NCBI GenBank assembly: GCA_963705915.1
Contig: OY970126.1
Coordinates: forward strand, 623,893 to 687,892
Direction: 5' to 3'
DNA: 64,000 bases
DNA from: an uncultured bacterium
GTDB lineage: Bacteria > Patescibacteriota > Minisyncoccia > UBA6257 > 2-01-FULL-56-20
Below, piece by piece: positions 58,157-64,000 of this stretch. Positions within the stretch are counted from its first letter, which is position 1. Each line of letters starts with the position of its first letter. A program made the position numbers and the translations under genes. The notes beneath the pieces were generated by a model, which searched no databases, had not been told where the DNA came from, and was given only the letters and a program-made list of their open reading frames with translations.

Positions 58157-59479
58157 ATGCGACAGTTCAAAAACATCATCACGTGGCCGGAGTTTCGGGT
58201 TGCATGGATTTTGGCCGCACTCATCATTGCGGCGGGAGCGATGGCTTTTGCATTTTTGGTGCCGCCTATCTCATGGGTGGAATTCGGATTGCTTGCCATC
58301 GTGCTCATCCTCACGTTCACGAGCGTTTATCAGTCTGCAAAAATTGATCGCGATACGAACGTTGAACGGAACGAACTGAAAAGCATCCTCGCGAGCGTGA
58401 ACGATGCGCTCATTGTGTACGAACGAGATTTCCACGCGATTTTTTTCAATCCAGCGGCGGAGCGCATGTTCAAATTGCAGTCAAAGCAAGTACTCGGGCA
58501 TATTTTTTCACCACAAGACGTTGAAAAAGAGGGATGGCGCGTGCTCACGCAGGTGATGTTTCCGTCGCTTGCGCCGCGTGTCATTGCGCGTTCGAAAGAA
58601 GGGGACATCCCGCAAGTTGTGGATGTTTCGTTCACCGATCCACAACTCGAGTTCCGCGTGTCAACGGCGCCGGTTGCCGACGACAGCGGCACAACGCTCG
58701 CATTTTTGAAAATCATCCGCGACCGCACCGCGCAAATCACAGCCATCCGCTCGCGGAGCGAGTTCATCACCGTCGCATCGCACCAGTTGCGAGGTCCCGT
58801 GACTGACATCAACTGGGCACTTCAGTCGCTCGCGAGCGCGACCGACGTCGGCGAGTCGAGTAAGTCAATCATCGAGAACGCCGGCGCGGCATCGCAAAAT
58901 TTATTGCGGCGCATCGAAGATCTTTTGAACATTGCCAAGATGGAAGACGGGCAATTCGGCTACCAGTACGCCGACGCCGACATCGAAGATTTCATCGGCA
59001 AGATTTTGAACGATGTTTTGCCCGCCGCAAAGAAGACCGGCGTGAAAATTTATTTCGACCGGCCCACGGCGCCCCTGCCGCACGTGATGATCGATGCAAA
59101 GCGCCTCTCGCTCGCGCTTGTGAATCTCCTCGAGAACGCCATCCGCTATAACGTTGAGAACGGTGAGGTGATCGTGAAGGCCGATCTCATGCCCGGCAAG
59201 CCCTTTATCGTGGTGAGTGTGAAAGACACCGGCATCGGCATCCCGCCGGAGGCCGTGCAAAAACTGTTCACAAAATTCTACCGGGCTGATAACGCCCTGA
59301 AAGTCCAAACTGAAGGATCCGGCCTTGGTCTCTACATCGCGAAAAGCATTATCACTGCCCACGGCGGGGAAATTTGGGTAGAATCCGAGCTCAACCGGGG
59401 CACGACCATCTCTTTTGCCCTGCCGACCGACCCGAATCTCATCCCGAAACACGAGATGGGCCTCGAAGACCTTTTTTAG
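58157..59479 (+). CDS. Sensor histidine kinase (TM, PAS-like, HisKA, HATPase_c)
   Basis: H-box ...VASHQLRGPV..., N box ...NLLENAIRYN..., G boxes ...DTGIGIP..., ...GSGLGLYIAK... Confidence 0.85.
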   Translation: MRQFKNIITWPEFRVAWILAALIIAAGAMAFAFLVPPISWVEFGLLAIVLILTFTSVYQSAKIDRDTNVERNELKSILASVNDALIVYERDFHAIFFNPAAERMFKLQSKQVLGHIFSPQDVEKEGWRVLTQVMFPSLAPRVIARSKEGDIPQVVDVSFTDPQLEFRVSTAPVADDSGTTLAFLKIIRDRTAQITAIRSRSEFITVASHQLRGPVTDINWALQSLASATDVGESSKSIIENAGAASQNLLRRIEDLLNIAKMEDGQFGYQYADADIEDFIGKILNDVLPAAKKTGVKIYFDRPTAPLPHVMIDAKRLSLALVNLLENAIRYNVENGEVIVKADLMPGKPFIVVSVKDTGIGIPPEAVQKLFTKFYRADNALKVQTEGSGLGLYIAKSIITAHGGEIWVESELNRGTTISFALPTDPNLIPKHEMGLEDLF

Positions 59480-59541
59480 CCCTTCCAGCCGGCACAGGTT
59501 TGGAGTACACTGAGAAAGATAAATTTCTCCCCACTCCTTCC

Positions 59542-61269
59542 ATGCCCGCGCGTTCAAAAAATTCACGAAAAAGGAAAAAAGTTGCGTCTCGCAAATATAT
59601 TTTTATCGTCGGCGGCGTAATGAGCGGCGTCGGCAAAGGCATCGCATCGGCTTCGATCGGAAAAATTTTACAATCGCGCGGATTTGAAGTGACGGCACTC
59701 AAAATCGACCCATATGTGAACGTGGACGCCGGCACCATGAACCCCACCGAGCACGGCGAGGTGTTTGTTTTGAATGACGGCACCGAATGTGATCAAGACA
59801 TGGGCAACTACGAACGGTTTTTGGATCGCGATTTGACCGGGGCGAACTACATGACAACCGGCAGCATCTATAAAACGGTGATTGAACGCGAGCGGAGCAT
59901 GGGGTACGGCGGAAAATCGGTGAGTGTCGTGCCATACATCCCGCTCGAAGTGATCCGCCGCATCGAAAATGCCGCCGCGATGGTAAAAGCGGATATCACA
60001 ATCACGGAAGTCGGCGGTACCGCTGGCGAGTACGAAAATATTTTGTTCCTCGAAGCGATTCGTATGATGAAGATCAAACATTCGGATGATGTCGCGCTGA
60101 TTCTCGTGAGCCACTTGCCGATTGTGAGCGATGATAACGAACTCAAAACAAAACCGACCCAGCACGCGGTGCGCGCGTTAAATTCTGTTGGATTACAGCC
60201 GGACATCATTCTCGCTCGTGCAAAATATCCGCTCGATGAAAAGCGAAAAGAAAAAATTGCATTCAATTGCAACGTGCGCGAGAAAGACGTGATCTCGGCG
60301 CCTGATGTGAATAGTTTATACGACGTGCCGGTGAATTTTGAAAAAGATAATCTCGGCAATTCCATTTTGGAAAAACTCGGCATGCGTCCGCCGAAAAAAG
60401 ACATGAAGGAGTGGCGCGCGCTTGCGGATCGCATCCGTCATGCGCACGAACCGGTGAAGATCGGCATCGTCGGGAAATATTTTTCAACCGGAAAATTCAT
60501 TTTGGCGGATTCGTATATTTCGGTCATCGAAGCCGTGAAGCACGCTTCGTCGTATTGGGGCGTTCGCCCGCAGATAAAATGGCTCGATTCCGAGGCCTTT
60601 GAGCATGGGGAAGCTGCTCTCCGCGAGCTAGAACAGTATGACGGCATCATCGTTCCGGGCGGTTTTGGCGGGCGTGGCGTGGAGGGCAAATTAAACGCCA
60701 TCCGCTATTGCCGGGAGAATAAAATCCCGTATTTGGGGCTTTGCTACGGTATGCAGCTCGCCGTCATCGAGTTTTCCCGCAACATATTAAAGATGAAGGG
60801 CGCAAATACGACCGAAGTCGATTCGAAGACAAAATTCCCGGTGATCGATATTTTGCCCGAACAAAAGAAACTGATGGAGACAAGCAATTACGGCGGCACG
60901 ATGCGTCTTGGTGCGTACCCCGCGATTCTCAAAAAGGGCAGCATGGCCGAACGCGCCTACGGCGAAACAAAAATTTCCGAGCGGCATCGCCATCGCTACG
61001 AGGTGAACCCGGCGTTTATCAAAAAAATTGAAAAAGCCGGTATGGTGTTTTCCGGACAGTCACCGGATCGCCGCCTCATGGAAGTGATGGAGCTTCCGCG
61101 CGAGCAACATCCGTTTTTCATGGGCTCGCAATTTCATCCGGAGCTCACGTCGCGTCCGTTGCGACCAAATCCCTTGTTCCGCGAATTCATCAAAGCTGCT
61201 TCAGCCCGCGCATCGGTTCCCGCAAAAGCCGCCGTGGCCATTTTTGGCAAAGCGTTTGCGCGAAAATAG
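59542..61269 (+). CDS. pyrG: CTP synthase
   Basis: KYIFIVGGVMSGVGKG synthase domain and C-terminal glutamine amidotransferase ...GLCYGMQLAV...; the track ORF has a spurious 5' extension. Confidence 0.9.
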   Translation: MPARSKNSRKRKKVASRKYIFIVGGVMSGVGKGIASASIGKILQSRGFEVTALKIDPYVNVDAGTMNPTEHGEVFVLNDGTECDQDMGNYERFLDRDLTGANYMTTGSIYKTVIERERSMGYGGKSVSVVPYIPLEVIRRIENAAAMVKADITITEVGGTAGEYENILFLEAIRMMKIKHSDDVALILVSHLPIVSDDNELKTKPTQHAVRALNSVGLQPDIILARAKYPLDEKRKEKIAFNCNVREKDVISAPDVNSLYDVPVNFEKDNLGNSILEKLGMRPPKKDMKEWRALADRIRHAHEPVKIGIVGKYFSTGKFILADSYISVIEAVKHASSYWGVRPQIKWLDSEAFEHGEAALRELEQYDGIIVPGGFGGRGVEGKLNAIRYCRENKIPYLGLCYGMQLAVIEFSRNILKMKGANTTEVDSKTKFPVIDILPEQKKLMETSNYGGTMRLGAYPAILKKGSMAERAYGETKISERHRHRYEVNPAFIKKIEKAGMVFSGQSPDRRLMEVMELPREQHPFFMGSQFHPELTSRPLRPNPLFREFIKAASARASVPAKAAVAIFGKAFARK

Positions 61270-61283
61270 TTTTCGACGCAAAA

Positions 61284-62111
61284 TTGAGAAAAGTAGCACG
61301 CCTTATCTCTATGATTATTTTTCTCTACGGTCCGGACGACTATCGCCGGACGCAAAAAAAGAACGACATCATCGCCGAGTTTTCGAAGAAGCGCTCCGAG
61401 TTCGGTCTCGGATTCTTTGATCTTGAAGAAAAAGGCGCCCTCGATGCGCTCGGCGGGTTTTTGCGCAATCAGCCGATGTTCGAAAACGCACGCCTCGCTG
61501 TTTTGGAAAACGCTTTTGAGATTGAAGCAGGAAAACTCGCCGCAGTACTTAGGCCGATTGTGAGTGAAAAAGGGGTGCAAGTTTTGATCGCCGAAAAAGA
61601 TAAGCCGCTCAAAGCACTCGCGCTCCTTCTTGAAAAGCCCGTACTCTCGCAAAAATTTGAAAATCTTACCGAAGCCGAGCTCACGCACTTTATAAAAGCG
61701 GAAGGCAAAAAGCGCGGCGTCATCTTGGCTGATTCGGCCGCGCAGTTCCTCGCACCGGTCTATGCCGGGCAGACGTGGGCCGCGATGACCGAGCTCGACA
61801 AGCTTGTATCACTCAAGCCATCGGACCGGGATGGGAATACAACAATCGATAAGCGCGACCTCGACGTCCTCGACCTCGAAGTTACACCGAACTACTGGGC
61901 CCTTTTGAACGGCATGAAAAGCTTTGATATTCGCAATCGCCTGGCAGCACTCGAAAAATTATTCTCGATCAACGACCCTCCGGCGAAGATTTTTAATATC
62001 ATTTCCGCTCAAGCCGGCGAGAAAATCGCTCGCATGGCCGCATACGATCTCGCGGTGAAGTCAGGAAAACTCGAATACGAAGAAGCGTTGCTTGATTTTG
62101 TCTTAGGATAG
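61284..62111 (+). CDS. holA: DNA polymerase III delta subunit (HolA-like)
   Basis: N-terminal ...MIIFLYGPDDYRR... typical of HolA; about 270 aa and helical; start may be 61311. Confidence 0.6.
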   Translation: MRKVARLISMIIFLYGPDDYRRTQKKNDIIAEFSKKRSEFGLGFFDLEEKGALDALGGFLRNQPMFENARLAVLENAFEIEAGKLAAVLRPIVSEKGVQVLIAEKDKPLKALALLLEKPVLSQKFENLTEAELTHFIKAEGKKRGVILADSAAQFLAPVYAGQTWAAMTELDKLVSLKPSDRDGNTTIDKRDLDVLDLEVTPNYWALLNGMKSFDIRNRLAALEKLFSINDPPAKIFNIISAQAGEKIARMAAYDLAVKSGKLEYEEALLDFVLG

Positions 62112-62157
62112 GCATCCTTGCCCGCCCTTCTGCGCTTTTCGCTAAAACAAAAACGGC

Positions 62158-62421
62158 CTAGGCGGCCGTTTTGAGTAACTTGGAGAGTCGCGATTTCATC
62201 CGCGACGCTTTGTTCTTTTCTATAACCTTGGTCTTCGCCGCTTTGTCGAGCGCTTTGAAAACGAGCGGCAGTATCTTTGCGGCTTCCGCCGTGCTCTTCG
62301 CGATGATAAGTTTGCGGTATTTCACGACAAGCTTTTTATACGCCTCGCGCTTCTTGGTGTTTCGCGCGCGATTGGTTTGATTTTGCCGGAGCGCTTTCTT
62401 TGCAGATGATGTGATTGGCAT
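62158..62421 (-). CDS. rpsT: 30S ribosomal protein S20
   Basis: MPITSSAKKALRQNQTNRARN... basic, helical, 87 aa. Confidence 0.85.
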   Translation of the reverse strand: MPITSSAKKALRQNQTNRARNTKKREAYKKLVVKYRKLIIAKSTAEAAKILPLVFKALDKAAKTKVIEKNKASRMKSRLSKLLKTAA

Positions 62422-62507
62422 AGGGGTAAGGATACCGAAACGACCGGAAAATTACAAGAGCCGCACGGCACCCATGCTTGCTCGCGCAATAGCAGTATAA
62501 TAGAGAT

Positions 62508-63107
62508 ATGCTCTACAGCGTTTCAGGGAAACTCGCCATGAAGTCGGATCATTTTGTCGTCGTCGAGGCGGGGGGATTGGGGATCAAACTTTTTGTGAGC
62601 AAGGAAACGTTAAAAGCGCTGCCGGCCATCGGTGCCTCGGGCGCGAGTGCGGGTACCGTGAAGTTTTTTACCCACCTCTACGTTCGCGAGGATATTTTTG
62701 ATTTGTACGGCTTTGCAACGGAAGAAGAATTGCAATTTTTTCAGATGCTCATCGCCATTTCCGGCGTCGGGCCAAAGTCGGCGCTTGCAATTCTCGACGT
62801 CGCCCCGCTTGCGGAACTTTCGGCGGCCATCAAAGAAGGGCGTCCGGACTTGCTCACCCGCGCATCGGGCATCGGACGAAAAACTGCAGAGCGAGTGATT
62901 GTTGAGCTGCGGGGAAAGGTTGAATCCGCAAAATCAGGCCTTGTCGTCGAAAAAATGCAGACCGATGTTGATCTTGTGGAAGCGCTTGTCGGTCTCGGCT
63001 ATCGGCGTGACGAAGCGCGCGTGGCGCTTGGAAAAGTTGATGGGAAAATGAGCGGTACCGAGGAGCGCTTGAAAGCTGCGCTCGCAATATTGAGCAAGAA
63101 AGCATGA
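62508..63107 (+). CDS. ruvA: Holliday junction DNA helicase RuvA
   Basis: OB domain, HhH pairs (...LIAISGVGPKSALAIL..., ...ASGIGRKTAERVIVEL...), C-terminal domain III. Confidence 0.85.
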   Translation: MLYSVSGKLAMKSDHFVVVEAGGLGIKLFVSKETLKALPAIGASGASAGTVKFFTHLYVREDIFDLYGFATEEELQFFQMLIAISGVGPKSALAILDVAPLAELSAAIKEGRPDLLTRASGIGRKTAERVIVELRGKVESAKSGLVVEKMQTDVDLVEALVGLGYRRDEARVALGKVDGKMSGTEERLKAALAILSKKA

Positions 63108-64000
63108 GCGTCAAAAATTCACCCGTCGTACAATTTTTTTATAATCTGCCGGGCGCGGCGCGCACGTATCATTTCCTTTGGGCGTGGGCGTCGGCGAAAG
63201 TGCATAAGTATCCGAGCCAAAAAGTTTTTGTGATCGGGGTCACAGGGACAAAAGGGAAAACGACAACCCTCGAACTCATCAATGCAATCCTCGAAGCCGC
63301 CGGCAAACGCACCGCGCTTCTCTCGTCGCTCAGGATAAAAATCGGGGATGATAAAAAGAAAAACGACACCGGCAATTCCATGCCTGGGCACGGTTTTATC
63401 CAAAAGTTTTTACGCGAAGCGCGCGAAAACCAATGCGCGTATGCGCTTGTGGAGGTGACATCGCAGGGTGTCTCGCTCCATCGCCACCGGTTTATTGAGT
63501 GGAATATGGGCGTCATCACCAACCTTGCGCCGGAGCACATCGACTGGCACGGTTCGTATGAAAATTATCGCAAGGCGAAACTCGATTTTTTGCAGTACGT
63601 GCTCAAGTCCGGCGGCAAAGTTTTTCTGAATCGCGACGACAAAGAATACACGTTTTTTGCAGACGCCCTGAACGGCAATCCTGCAAAGCATGATGCGGGG
63701 CCGAATGTCGCTGCCTATTCGCGGAGCGATGAGTGGCTCAAAAATAATCTTGCGAAGGCTCGCCTTGCGCAGTCGCTCAAAGATGCGAACGCGCCGAAGT
63801 TTTTATTCAGTAAATTTAACGAAGAAAATATTGCGGTGGCCGTTGCTATCGCGAAAGATCTTGGCATTTCAGACCGGGTTATCGAAGAAGCGATCACGAA
63901 TTTTGAAGGAATCCCGGGCCGGATGGAATTTGTGCGGAAAGGCAACTACACGGCGATCATCGATTACGCGCACACGCCCGATTCACTCGAAGCCGCCTAT
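63104..64000 (+). CDS. Mur ligase family protein, MurE-like (UDP-MurNAc-tripeptide synthetase), truncated at the window end
   Basis: ATGA overlap with the ruvA stop; ATP-binding IGVTGTKGKTTT and ...NLAPEHIDWHGSYENYRKAKLDF... (MurE-type); the ORF is open to the end of the window. Confidence 0.6.
   Translation, partial: MSVKNSPVVQFFYNLPGAARTYHFLWAWASAKVHKYPSQKVFVIGVTGTKGKTTTLELINAILEAAGKRTALLSSLRIKIGDDKKKNDTGNSMPGHGFIQKFLREARENQCAYALVEVTSQGVSLHRHRFIEWNMGVITNLAPEHIDWHGSYENYRKAKLDFLQYVLKSGGKVFLNRDDKEYTFFADALNGNPAKHDAGPNVAAYSRSDEWLKNNLAKARLAQSLKDANAPKFLFSKFNEENIAVAVAIAKDLGISDRVIEEAITNFEGIPGRMEFVRKGNYTAIIDYAHTPDSLEAAY

Noticed and set aside
1-64000. CRISPR arrays, rRNA genes, insertion-sequence transposases
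   Set aside because: No regularly spaced direct repeats with unique spacers, no rRNA-like conserved stretches and no transposase-like ORFs were found. The only repeat arrays (25.3-25.7 kb) are irregular and intergenic-regulatory in character.

Overview
This 64-kb window reads as a chromosomal segment from a small-genome bacterium. Gene content (standalone Pol I 5'-3' exonuclease, lamin-tail-domain protein, Gram-positive-type T4SS core, PilB ATPase) resembles Candidate Phyla Radiation/Patescibacteria (Saccharibacteria-like) bacteria, inferred from the sequence alone. It uses the standard genetic code: UGA terminates many long ORFs cleanly. The window spans the replication-origin neighbourhood (rpmH-rnpA-yidC-jag divergent from dnaA-dnaN). 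Housekeeping genes present are folD, glyA, ftsH, tyrS, clpP, ppa, nusA, comM, uvrD/pcrA, rsmA, PBP1A, ruvC, ruvB, ruvA, tsaE, pyrG, holA, rpsT and a partial Mur ligase. The most distinctive feature is a 12-kb single-strand operon (31.7-43.8 kb) encoding a minimal T4SS-like apparatus. It has a PrgI-family protein, a VirB4 ATPase split into two same-frame ORFs, a VirB6-like polytopic membrane protein, a TrbC/VirB2-like pilin candidate and several secreted or membrane proteins, but no relaxase or coupling protein. Other notable items are a low-GC integrative island (about 8.2-14.4 kb) bounded by a large serine recombinase, a cfa-like SAM methyltransferase paired with an FAD-binding oxidoreductase (BfaB/BfaA-like), a HigB/Gp49-XRE toxin-antitoxin pair with a perfect 18-bp palindromic operator, three tRNAs (Val-UAC, a probable Ile-UAU, a Gly-UCC with an atypical T-loop), dense repeat arrays between yraN and the dksA-like gene, and a 24-bp terminal inverted repeat element between pilB and ruvB. 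No CRISPR array and no rRNA were seen. All functional calls rest on recognising conserved motifs by eye in the provided translations; no database search was possible.
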